A DNA stretch of 54,088 nt from NCBI GenBank assembly GCA_000320545.1, contig ADNK01002456.1, forward strand, positions 1-54,088, given 5' to 3'. The notes below the pieces were generated by a model. It made no database searches. It was given only the letters and a program-made list of their open reading frames with translations, and was not told where the DNA came from. Each line of letters begins with the position of its first letter. Position 1 is the stretch's first letter. The DNA is from Bigelowiella natans CCMP2755 (Eukaryota; Protista; Cercozoa). Shown piece after piece: positions 1 through 11,634 of the stretch. The position numbers and the translations under genes were made by a program.

Positions 1-318
1 CCCTAACCCTGACCCATGCCCTGTCCCTGACCCATGCCCTGTCCCTGACCCATGCCCTGTCCCTGACCCATGCCCTGACCCTGACCCATGCCCTGACCCT
101 GACTCATGCCCTGACCCTGACCCATGCCCTGACCCTGACTCATGCCCTGACCCTGACCCATGCCCTGACCCTGACCCATGCCCTGACCCTGACCCATGCC
201 CTGACCCTGACCCATGCCCTGACCCTGATCCATGCCCTGACTCTGACCCATGCCCTGACCCTGAACCATGCCCTGACCCCGACTGATGCCCTGACCCATG
301 CCCTGACCCTGACCCAAA
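1..318. repeat. Telomere-like terminal array: one CCCTAA, then ~17 copies of an 18-bp unit CCCTGA-CCCTGA-CCCATG (variants CCCTGT, CTCATG)
   Basis: Read directly: hexamer periodicity, C-rich strand at the window's 5' end, first unit is the complement of canonical TTAGGG. Confidence 0.8.
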
Positions 319-597
319 CCCCAAATTCCTTTCTCCTTATTTCACGGCCGACCTTTCACACATGCAAGTTGACCCCAATTGCTGTTCATTTCCTTTGTTC
401 TCATTTTGTTTTGTGGGTTTGTCGTTGCACTCGTGTTGTTGTCCCAGAACACGTTTTGAAATTGAAAAAGGATCAAGCGGCTCGTTCATTGCAGAAAGTG
501 TCTTTTGCATGAAGGATGAGAAAATGCGAGTATGAGTCTCGTGAGAATTGGTGCTTTGGCATGCATGTCAGCCGTTCATTGCACATGTGAGTGACAA

Positions 598-828
598 CAA
601 ACATGCGCATGCCAGAATGCTGTGATGGATATGACTAGATGAAGCACATGCAATTGTTTGCTGTGTCCATGTAGGGCATGCATTCTCTTTTTCTACTTCC
701 CCGCGCGCAAACATGCGCATGTGCAATGCCAGAATGCTGTGATGGATGTGACTAGATGATGCACATGCAATGCATGCTGTGTCCATGTGAGGCATGCATT
801 CTCTTTTTCTACTTCCCCGCGCGCAAAC
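598..828. repeat. Subtelomeric imperfect tandem duplication (~115 bp x2), TpA-depleted
   Basis: gccagaatgctgtgatggat(a/g)tgactagatga...gcatgcattctctttttctacttccccgcgcgcaaac occurs twice. Confidence 0.85.
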
Positions 829-974
829 CTGTCGCATCGCATTCCTCCGGATCTCATTCTCTTGTTTGTGCTAGCGGCACCTGCACACAGCTAGACAGGT
901 TTGTCTGTCCGTGCATGTGATATCACACCCGCATTCGAAGTAGTGTTCAGTTTTGAATAGTGTGATTCTTGTCT

Positions 975-2403
975 CTAACTAGATGATCGAGGAGCAAGAT
1001 TTACCAAATACTCCAGTAATTTTTCACAACCTTGACCAGTGGCCGCACACACTTCAAATTTGGAGAAATTTGCAAACTGTTTCTTTTCATGGCCACTGAT
1101 GTCTACGTTTATGATCTTTTCTCTGGATTCTTCCCTGAGAGTGAGGTCTAATTTTGGATTTACATGACATGCGATCTTTTCTAGCTGAAGCAATTCGACT
1201 ACATCGTCAACTGCCATCTGAGAATATACGTGGAAAAATAGATTAATGTTCTGATGGACTCTGTGATCATCATCATCATCATTGTCATCATCGTTATTGT
1301 CCTGACATGGACGGCGAACTTAGCTGCTGACCAGATACGGAAGATCGATTTTGTTAAGGACGACGATGATTGGTTTCTTCTGCATCTGAGATACGTTTAA
1401 GTAATATGAAAGTCAATTTTGCAATTGGATTAGAAAATTGTTGTGTATATTTTTACATCCTTATGATAAACAGCGTCAAATAGCCATGAAGAAGCTGGAG
1501 CAATCTGTGTAATTGGTCTTTATCAGCATGAGGTAGGCATTAATGTGTTATATCCAGCATTTGGATTGATCTACCTACAATTATACCTGGTATCTGTCGG
1601 AAATATCGATAACAAATATGAGAATACTGCATGTTTCATAGAAGTCATGCCAGCAATCGCGCATTGGATATCCAACCTAACATTTAATTTAAGAATGGGA
1701 ATAATAAATATGAATCCAGTCTGGAAAAACCCGCTGGTAAAGTTGAGGATCCTTTCACGAACCTCTCTGACTCTTAAATTTCCCCCTTTATAACTGAGCT
1801 CCTGAGGAATAGTTACCGCTCAAGATTCATAATTCATTATCTCGAGAAGCGTTTTCTCACAACAACATCCACTCAATTTGTTCAATGTTGTATACCCTCT
1901 GCTTCTTTTTATTGGCGCTCTGTCGTACGATCGATTACCTTAAAGTCGATTCCACAGGTTTCTCCGGGATTAAGTGGTGTAGTTCCTAAGGGTTTGCTTC
2001 TAGGAGATCCCATCCACGATCGTTTCCGACGGTGTTTCTTCCCCTCAAACTCGCACATTGACTGGTGGCGGCAACAGGGGAGAGAGAAAACTTTACGAAG
2101 GACGAAACCGACGATTTAATCTAAATTTTGAGCGATCTTGAAGATTTCCAAAAAGACCGAACAGCACTCGAATGTTGTGACACATCGAGATGGTAACGAA
2201 ATCATTATCATCGTCATCATCATCATCGTCGTCGTATCGTCATCGTCTAGTCGAACACCCAAAACCTCAAACTTTGTTTTTCTATCTCTCACGATTTGTT
2301 GCCTACAGATTCAAGTGAAAAACAGAATTGTACTCCTCACCTTTAAGCGAGAAAGGAGAACCGTTTTACCCGAGCGTGACGGGCCAACCAAGAGCACCTC
2401 CAT
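975..2403 (-). CDS. ARL16: ARF-like small GTPase, ARL16-like (multi-exon)
   Basis: Spliced exons give MEVLLVGPSRSGKTVLLSRLK (P-loop), ETCGIDFK|ELSYKGGNLRVRE|VGYPMRDCWHDFYETCSILIFVIDISDRYQ|IAPASSWLFDAVYHKD|MQKKPIIVVLNKIDLPYL (G4 NKxD)|MAVDDVVELL...EVCAATGQG (G5). RExG in place of DxxG and NKIDLP match ARL16. Confidence 0.75.
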
Positions 2404-3222
2404 TTCACAGATACGAACCACTGTTTCCAATACGATACTATTTCTACAAAATAAGCACCTAAGGTAGTATCGCTATTTGGCCATCTTAGATCTAGTGCTT
2501 GCTGGAGGCGTTGTTCTTGCTGGAAGCACTGTTCATACGTGCAAGCAGTTGCATTCCTCCTCCTCCTCCTCTCTTCCCAGTGACTTTTGTTGTAGTCATT
2601 GTAGATCTATTACTTCTTTAGACCAAAGAACTACCGAACAACTTCCAAGGATAGATTGGGCTAGAAACACAGATTAACGACATACTTTGAGCGATGTCGC
2701 TTATATGGTTTTATAGGCCTATCCATTGTAATGTGCAAGGAAGGGTACCCAACCGCCTAATGCCCATATTACCCGAAGCTCCGACAAAAGACACGATTTT
2801 CTTTTCCTGTTTCTTCTTTGATTTTGTTGTCGGTAGTCATTGTTGTTATTGTTGCTGTCATATTGTGACATAATAATTTTGGTAGTTTTCCCAATAGTAA
2901 TTGCGAACATAAATACATGATGTCGGAGGAACTAACTAACTGACTAACTAGATCTAACTAACTAACTAACAGGAGGATGAACAAGAGTTAATCATCATGA
3001 TGCGCTCTCTCGCGACCTTTAACAATTAACTAACGAACTAGTAGTGGACAAGGAAAGAAAGCTAGCTCTTTGCTGTTGCTCACCACATTATACCGAAGTT
3101 CGAGGTAGAGGAAAGAAGAGCGAAGGGGGAACAACCGATACTCCCCTTGAACAACATCTCCTGAAAAATAGAAACTGGAAGGCTTCTCGCCTCAACTTTC
3201 AATAGCCACGAACTACGGCACG

Positions 3223-4604
3223 ATGAAGATGCTTCAACCGGACACTGGCCCTCCGGTCAGATAGTCATAGGATTCTTTCTCAAAGTTTTGATTCTCATTT
3301 TTTACGGCCGTGTTCGATTACAAGAGCGTTGTGTTCTGCACAACAGTGCATTAATCGTGACATATGAAATAATTTATTCCTTTCGTTTATTTCATTTTAT
3401 GCCTTTGTATGCCACTGAGCGAGAACGTGCGAGGTTGCAAGCGAATAGGAATTAATTCCTCTAAAAATATATTGTCTTCTTATTCTTCAGGTGGATAGAT
3501 ACAACGTCTGTTACTTTCTGCTATTTTTCCTTTCTCTGGCCACTCTACTTCCATGGGTATGTCAATACTTTTCGGAAAGGGTTGGCAGTCTTTGATTATG
3601 GAACATCTATCTTGGAATTTCTTACGCTTTGATTTTGATATGAATACCTAGAATGCATTCATCAGCTCTTCTGGATACTTTCTTGCGGTTACTACTCTCC
3701 TAATGTTTACTTCATTTTATACCTCGCTCTATCTTAGACTTCCTTATTGCCTCTATAGTCTCACAAATAGTAGTATACGCAAGTGTATGGTTTACACTTT
3801 CGTAATGGATGTACTACTACATACAAATGGGCATGTCCCAAAATAATGTTTATAAATTGCATGGTCACCTTTCTAGCCTCATTCGGCATATTAGTGAACT
3901 TAATCCATCCTCTCTGTGTGTGTCTTTCTCCTCCACTCCCTTTCTTTAAGAGGCTGGGTGGTACCTCATATTCCGTCAACTTTGAGAACTACTTCGGAGT
4001 GACTTACAACGTTACAAATATGCTTTCTCTGGCTCTCCTCACATACACACCCTTGGGAGGGTAACAGAATCATTTAAGCAACAATTTACCAATTAAAAAG
4101 CAAATTATCAACTCAGCATATTCGTATCGAGCTTAGATATGTCTTTTAGTGACCCTATATGTTCATCGCAGATTTAGCGCCCGCATTAAAGTTCTGTATC
4201 CATTTATCGTGGTTTTCTTCGCATTCATTCTGCAAACGGTTCGATGTATAATACCGTACTTGCGATTGAGAATGACCGCACTGCTAACCGAGAGATACAG
4301 CATCAATAGCAACCATTTGCTTTCTCTAGAATGTTGTCTTCCTCATCTTCTTACATCTTTGTCGTTTCCTACCCCTCCCCCTCTTCCTCTTCCTCCTCCT
4401 CCACATAATCCTCCATCGTATGGGGTATATTTTAACAACTGCGTCTTTTACTTACTTTCCATACCACTACCACCATCACCACAGGTTGCGTGTTTGATAC
4501 CTCCGACAAAGTTGGATGGAAACTCTTTCTTCGCAATGACTGTAGCACTTGTCACGGTGTGTGGGGGATGCAATGCGTTGATCCAGGTTATAGAAGAACA
4601 AACT

Positions 4605-4638
<34 letters not shown>

Positions 4639-6214
4639 GATAGTGGGACTTTGAACAGCCTCTCTTAGTAGAAAAAAGGGTAGAGATAAAAATTTCACCG
4701 AAACAACAAAACAAAGGCTGGACTGTTTGGCTTGGCAGCGCGACTTCCCACGACATATGTGCAGGGATTAATGGCAGGGTTATACAGCAACAAACCAAAC
4801 ACTAGTATTATTTTATATATGTGTGAATAATCTTTAATCTTTCTACCTACCCATCAATCAATTAACATGATTAGTCTAGATATCCGAGAATGACTTGGTA
4901 ATTGGACTACTATTACTACTATAACTACTACTACTATTACTACTACTACTACTATTTTGATGATGCATAATCGATTCGATGGTGCTTTACAAAGGCAAGG
5001 GATGGGGGGACTTCTGCCAGCAAGTTTGGTTGTGCTCACTGTTGCTGTTAGCCCTCCAACAGATGGTATCATTACTATTTTTACCAGTGATTACTTGACA
5101 TATTGCTTCATTTTCAATTATTGATTGGGGAAGAGGATGAAGAAAAATGGATGATTAATACAACAAATTGCTGCCATGAATATGAATAAAAATGATGGAT
5201 ATTACAACAGGCACGCCTACTTATGAAGATGTTAAATGGAGCGCTTTTAGCTTCTTCGCCATTGCTTCATTGACGGTATTTCTATAAAGTATTAAGAGTT
5301 ATTATAGGTGGCATAATAGAAGCAGGGAGCCTATTACTCTATAGAGTACCATCTGACAATGATGGTAGGAATAGCTGTGGAGTATTTTCTTCTATGTAGT
5401 CCTCTTTATGCTGCTGAATAATATTTCTTCAACATTGTAACCGAACATCATCCCTCTACCAAGGCATTTCTGGCTATAGTAGGCTACGTTTGCCTCGAGA
5501 GACTGCCTATTCTGGAGCACTTTGGTGCTCTTGACCTTGTGTCAACTGTACGTTTCCAAGTTGCTGATGTGAGGATATACTATTTACAACAATCTATGTA
5601 CGTATAAAAGCTGCTATGTGGTGATATTTTTTATCAAGAAAGTATTTTTTGTGAACTTTGTTCTTTAAAAGTAATGTAGAAGATATACTAACGAAGAACA
5701 CTATAATAAAAACAGGAGAACTATTCAGAGCCATCATTGACGTCAGACATGAATAATCATCATCAACAACAACATCAGCATCAGCAACAGGAGCACCAGT
5801 TCCTTGATTCTGGAGTTAGCAGCTGCAATCCGTCAAATGAGTACCACAAAATATTGCAGATATCAGCATCAGAAGAAGTGGGTGGGGGAGAAGTTACTGC
5901 TGGCAATGGAAACAACCATAATTACTGCAACGAGCATGAAGAGGATTATCGTGATCGTTTGAATGATGACGAGTTAAAGAAATCTCTTTCTCCATCAGTA
6001 AATAAAAACAGAGGTCGTGTCTCAATTTCTACTACAACGATGGATAACGTTGTTCTTAATCGCTCAAGATCAGGAAGAAGTGAAGTGGGAGTGCCTCTTT
6101 GTAGGGCTGCCTCAACTCGTACATATATTGACATCAGGTAGGTGGTGTGCGATTTATAGATGATGCGGATTTGTAGATATGGATCATTAGAAAAGAATGA
6201 TGATAGTGATGATT

Positions 6215-6250
<36 letters not shown>

Positions 6251-7103
6251 GTAATTGTTATAACTACAGTCCTTTGGCTTGGGGAGTCTTTATAAATTTC
6301 TCGATCTCCCTTTCGGTTTTTCCTAGTGTAACGGCGAACATATATGCTTCTCAGGTGGTGTAGTAGTAACATTTCCTTCAACTACCACTACTACTAGTAG
6401 TAGTACTAGTACATAGCTTGTACTCTTTCGCATTAGTATATACGACTCTCTTTTCCTTGTCATTCGCCTATCTTAATTGTGCTAACACCAATGTTATGTG
6501 TGTTACTGGCCTTATTATCATCACCATCTTCATCATCAGCATATATCAACTCCTGTTTTCTTTAGGCTAATGCCCATCAGGATGGTAGTCAAATTAAGTT
6601 CAACGCAAATCCTAAAGAGGGGCGTTTCTATGGGGATCTGTTTGTGCCGATTACGTGTTTCTTGCTCTTCAACTTCTTCGATTTTATTGGTAGTAAGTAA
6701 AACGAGAATGAATAAGGGGAAGGAGGGAGTCTTCAGCAGAAACATATTATCGTTGATAGGTCATTGATTGTGGTTGTTGTTGTTGTTTTACCACTTATTT
6801 TATCAGGTCGCAGTTTAGCAAAATATCGTGCTGTACCTATAGGATCGCTGCTGCCCCTCTCCATTGCACGAATCGTTTTTGTTCCGCTGTTTCTCCTCTG
6901 TAACGTTGTGCAGGTAAAAAAAGATAACTATCATCAATGTGATCGTCGTGTATTTGTGTGTTCACATTCTTTCGCATAAAGAAGACATCGTGCATATCAT
7001 CAACGCATACATTTCAATGATTACTGCTATTTCTAGTCGTTATTTTGGTGCTGGCAAAAGTACACACCACGCATAACACAAGCACACACAGACAATATAT
7101 ATA

Positions 7104-7171
<68 letters not shown>

Positions 7172-7854
7172 TGTATTTGATAGCCACACTCATATGTTGG
7201 AGAATTAATACAACAATAATTTAGGTTGGTGAGTCGATGATTCCGTCCATTTTCACCAATGTTACATATCCAATCTGTTTTATGATTGGTCTTGCATTTA
7301 CCAATGGGTAATAATGGATTATTAGTATCATAGTTATTATTAAATATTATTTTAATCAACACTGTGTTTCTCACCTTCCTCCTCCTCCTCCTGTTACTCG
7401 TACTTGTTTCTTATCCATCGACTGCTCACTACTAGTAACTTTTATCTAATGCTATCACTATTACCACACCTTGAACAGAAATGCTGCTGCTGCTGCTGCT
7501 GCTGCTGCTATATACAAAAGAAGTTCTGCCACCTACAAATACTCATGTGCTGCTATCTACCTGCCTACCTACCTACCTACTGACGAAATTTATACTACTC
7601 AAAGGTATTTGAACACTCTGCAATTCATGACAGCACCGAGCTTAGTTCCAGATTCACTTCAGGTGGTGAGAAGTGAATAACGAGAAAGAATGAGCGATCA
7701 TCACTGTATTTGTTGTTTTATTTTTTCGAATAATCAACAGGATAGTGCTGGAAGAATGATGTGTTTTTTCTGTTCCGCTGGTTTATTGGCTGGCTCCACC
7801 CTGTCTTTCTTCTTGCACTATCTACTCTGCACCTGCAACCCAGCGACTAGGTAG
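3223..7854 (+). CDS. Equilibrative nucleoside transporter (ENT/SLC29), ~15 exons
   Basis: Exons translate to PPVDRYNVCYFLLFFLSLATLLPW|NAFISS, NFENYF, GLFGLAARLPTTYVQGLMA|GQGMGG, SLSVFPSVT, ARIVFVPLFLLCNV, LAFTNG|YLNTLQFMTAP, AGRMMCFFCSAGLLAGSTLSF, all hallmark ENT motifs. Start codon is tentative. Confidence 0.9.
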
Positions 7855-8409
7855 CAGAAAGTCTGCAATAGAATGCGATCAATATCCATCTGGATATCCA
7901 TAGCGGAGATTAATTGCAGCAGCAGCAGCAGCCATTTTTATCGATAATTGGATAGAGGTGCCAGAAAAGGGAATAGGATTAGAATAGCTCAAAAAATTCT
8001 GAAATTGAGGAACAGGCGTTGTGAATGATTATGAGAATAAACATTCATCGCAATACTAAGAAGAGATGAGTGACTTCATAACACGTTAATATTGTCAAAC
8101 TAACACTTGATGTTGAAATGGCCAACACAACATCAGTCAGCAGTAGATGTGCTGACGATGTGCACATGCGCACGCACGCGTGCATGTTGCGTGAGTGCAT
8201 CATGCACACCCACCCCGCATGCACATGCGCACACAGCTAGCTCACAACCACGGCAAACGCACAAGTTTTCACCAAAAACGGGTTTTCTCGGCAACCAGAG
8301 GTCGGTTAGAACTGGGTTGAGCTCAATCGACGAAGCTCTAGGCTGATTTCGCTCTTCAAAGTGGCCTAATATAATAGACATAGTAATAGCATATATATAA
8401 TTAATCATG

Positions 8410-9020
8410 AATTTCCAAATCTAGCAATGCAAAGTCCTCTCACGTTTCACTTTTTGTGAAAATGTGTGCATTTGAACTGGTTGGCAGCGCGCACACTTCT
8501 AGACTTTTTGGTCTAGCATGTCACAGCGAAATTTTATCCAATCATTGAATTTTGGATTTTTTTGCAGATTCGCTAGTTCGGAACCGTCGCCGATGAGAGA
8601 TTTGACAAACCTAGTAGTGTCACAACCAATTTCAACAGAACGCACTGGAAAGTGCTCAAGCTTGAACTGAAACAGCAAAATTGGTCATTTTGCATTGATT
8701 GGTGCAAAAACTGTGCCAAAACAACGTGTTTCTGCGCATCATTTTTGATGTTTTTTTGAAACTTGAGTACGCTCCAGTGCATTTTTATGAAAGTGGATGA
8801 CACACTTGTGAAAGATCTCATTGAGTCCGTTCCGAATCAGCAAAAAAATCCGAAATTGGACCAAAATCAATGCGCTAGATGGACCAAATGAAAGCTAGCG
8901 TGCGTTGGTTTGGCGATTTTGCCTGATTTCACATTTCATCGTCAAGTGTCCAACGTGCATGATGAAATTTAGCATGGAATGGACTTTGAGACTGATGCTT
9001 CAATTTGTTTCAAATTGGAA
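8410..9020. mobile_element. Degenerate foldback/MITE-like element (long imperfect palindrome centred ~8705)
   Basis: Nested inverted matches: 8642-8662 vs 8760-8780, 8543-8572 vs 8833-8858, 8489-8520 vs 8871-8904. No coding capacity. Confidence 0.55.
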
Positions 9021-9731
9021 TTTGCACATTGCGCTTGAATGCGAATGCACAATCATCTTTGTCACACCATGCTAGCATGCTAGCATGAGTAATGAGTGTG
9101 CACGTGTCATCAGTCATCAGGTGCGTCATGCACACTGACATCGTCGGAAATTTCCGATTTGCGTGTTCAGAAGGTGCTGATTTTTATCACAAATCGTGGT
9201 GAAACTCGACTTCTGGGTGACATACACTTTCCCTTGCTTATTTTAATGATAGACATTGCTGTGTCTATTATTTTATATTTTTTCCAGGTTAATTATTTGT
9301 CTACGCACCAAGCACGACGTTTTCAACCACGCAGCACGCCTTGGCGACGCATGCAAGCACGCTCGATCAAGTGCACATTTGCAGGGTTTGTCGTGGTTGT
9401 GCTAGCTAGCAGCTTGATGTGTCGGCTGATGTTTTGGCAATACGGTGCCACACTGCAGCCATAGCATGGGCGGCGCACACATTCATGCTGCCACTGTCAT
9501 TAGACGCCATGCCAGACCTGCTGCACGTTGTGGAAGCATGCATTGCAGATTTCCCGCATGTGTCGATGAAGAATTGGCATCGACCTAATTGGCACATCAG
9601 ATGTGGTCACATTGTCCAACCCCATGTTCATTGCTAGTAGGCTCGGACACTTGCGGCAGGCAGCACAAATGCTAGCAACATCAGTGGATGTCACTGCTTC
9701 TACCACTCTTTATACTTCCACACGAAACATA

Positions 9732-10434
9732 CTAGCGATCTCCATATGGTCTGGATACATTGCATTGAACTCCAAAGCCTCCACTAGCTCTGGTCATGTA
9801 CGTCTTTCTTCTGCTAGATACACGGTCGTTCGATGTTCGAGATGTATAACTGGAATTGTGCGATGTTGAGAAGGCATGATATTCTTCTTCAGCCATAGGC
9901 TTTCTCCAGTGTTTGATTGATTGCATATACTTTTGACTCCTGTAGTATTCTTTCTTTGTAGGTGTTACATTTGAGGCAAGACTAAATTGTTGCCCCCAAG
10001 GTGCCTGCCCTTTATGGCTGCTTTTTAAGTTGACTGCATATCCACTCGAGGATGACTTAGTTTTATTTTGGGAAGTTGCCCGGTTGCTTGAACGAACAAT
10101 GAAGAATTTTTGATTTGTAGTAGAGAAAAAATTTGAAGTAGGAGGACTCCGAATTACCTGTTGGTAAAGGTTTCTCATAAAAAGTGCAATATGATTAATA
10201 TGATGGGAAATATACCTTAGGTTCCTGGATCTCCTTTTCGCAATTTAGTTGTGGTGGAGGATCAACTTTAACTACCTTGGTGTTCTTGTTCTCGTTGTAC
10301 GATCTTTGATTACTTGTTACAAAGTGTGATGCACCTAAGTTAAGATTGTTTATCTTTGCCCAAGCAGGTGCAGGCTTTGCCTTGAGGCCAAATTGCCGTG
10401 ATGATCGTGGATCTCTTCCCATATTAGCCCACAT
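9732..10434 (-). CDS. Hypothetical basic protein (2+ exons) with three F-x-T-[ST]-x-x-x-x-[YF]-like repeats
   Basis: ORFs 10195..10434 and 9732..10178 join in frame via a GT..AG intron (EPK|VIRSPP). Repeats HFVTSNQRSY, FFSTTNQKFF, AFSTSHNSSY. Confidence 0.5.
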
Positions 10435-11634
10435 AATTGATTAGAGGGAACAACGGTTGCAAGCTAGTTCCCCAGAATGAATGTACGACTACCACCAAAA
10501 ATACAAATGCGTAAGACACAAAGCTTAGTCCGATTCGAAAAACTGAAGCGAAAACAAAAATGGAACTGTTGGTTCATACACGGACTACAATGTCCCGTGG
10601 AGCGATGATGATTTCTTAATTTTTGTTTGTTTGTTTGTTCGTTCGTTTGATTCTAAACATCACTCAAGACACTTCTGGCCCACTTGTTTCTTACCTAGTT
10701 AGGTTCGCTGGAAGCTGATATTCAGTGTAATGTCGTTCTGTCTCACACCTACTAGTGAACCATCGATTCTGTCTTAACATTTGGAAGATGTGGAGAAAAG
10801 AGTGGTATAGGATCTAACAGAGCAGCCTATTTACCTACTTCTTGGTACTTGCTGTTCGTTCTTTCTTACGTTCGTTGTTTGTTCGCAAAGCGTTCTTGTA
10901 CCACTACACTCGTCGTACAGTATGCATGTACCACTACACTCGTCGTACAGTAGTGTTGTTTGTTGTAGTAGATCTACTCGTACGTGACGACGACGATGAC
11001 GAAACGTTCGCCTGAAGCAAAATAATGAACTTCATTGTAACGTAACAGAGTACATCTAGTAACTGAAGGGTATACCTACAACAATGTAACAACAATAACA
11101 ACAACAATCTGATCAATCCTCGAGAATCCTCCTCCTCCTGATGACGGCAACAATCGGAAAACAATCACCCGGTCCTTCGCTTAAAAACTATTTTTCCAAG
11201 ATATTTCTAGGTGATAATTCTTAGTATTCCATTTGGTCCTCCTTCAAGCTTTCCAGACGATGATGAAATAATACTAAAGGTTATTAATAAAATAAAGATG
11301 ATAGGAAGTATCACCGAACCAAAACTACGACAATGGACCACAACACTCCGCAACAATAACACAGGTTCGATTGTTGTCGCGTAACTCGAATGGTGCCGCT
11401 CTGCGCCATGCACCATCATCGCTCATGGACCACTTCAAGGCATATCCTGCCAATCGTGGTGCGCCATTAGATTAATAGATCGAAGATATAACGTGGTATA
11501 CTACAAAAAAAAATTACCACCGGTGGCTATTCTCTCCAATAGGAGTTGGGGATGAATTACATGACTTTCGTGATGAATAATAAATGTGCCGTTCTCCTAG
11601 TTCGGTTGCACTCAAGAAATTGTCTTTTCCTCAG

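Noticed and set aside
3-317. 104-aa (MGQGQG)n ORF
   Set aside because: It is simply the translation of the stop-free telomere-like array on the G-strand.
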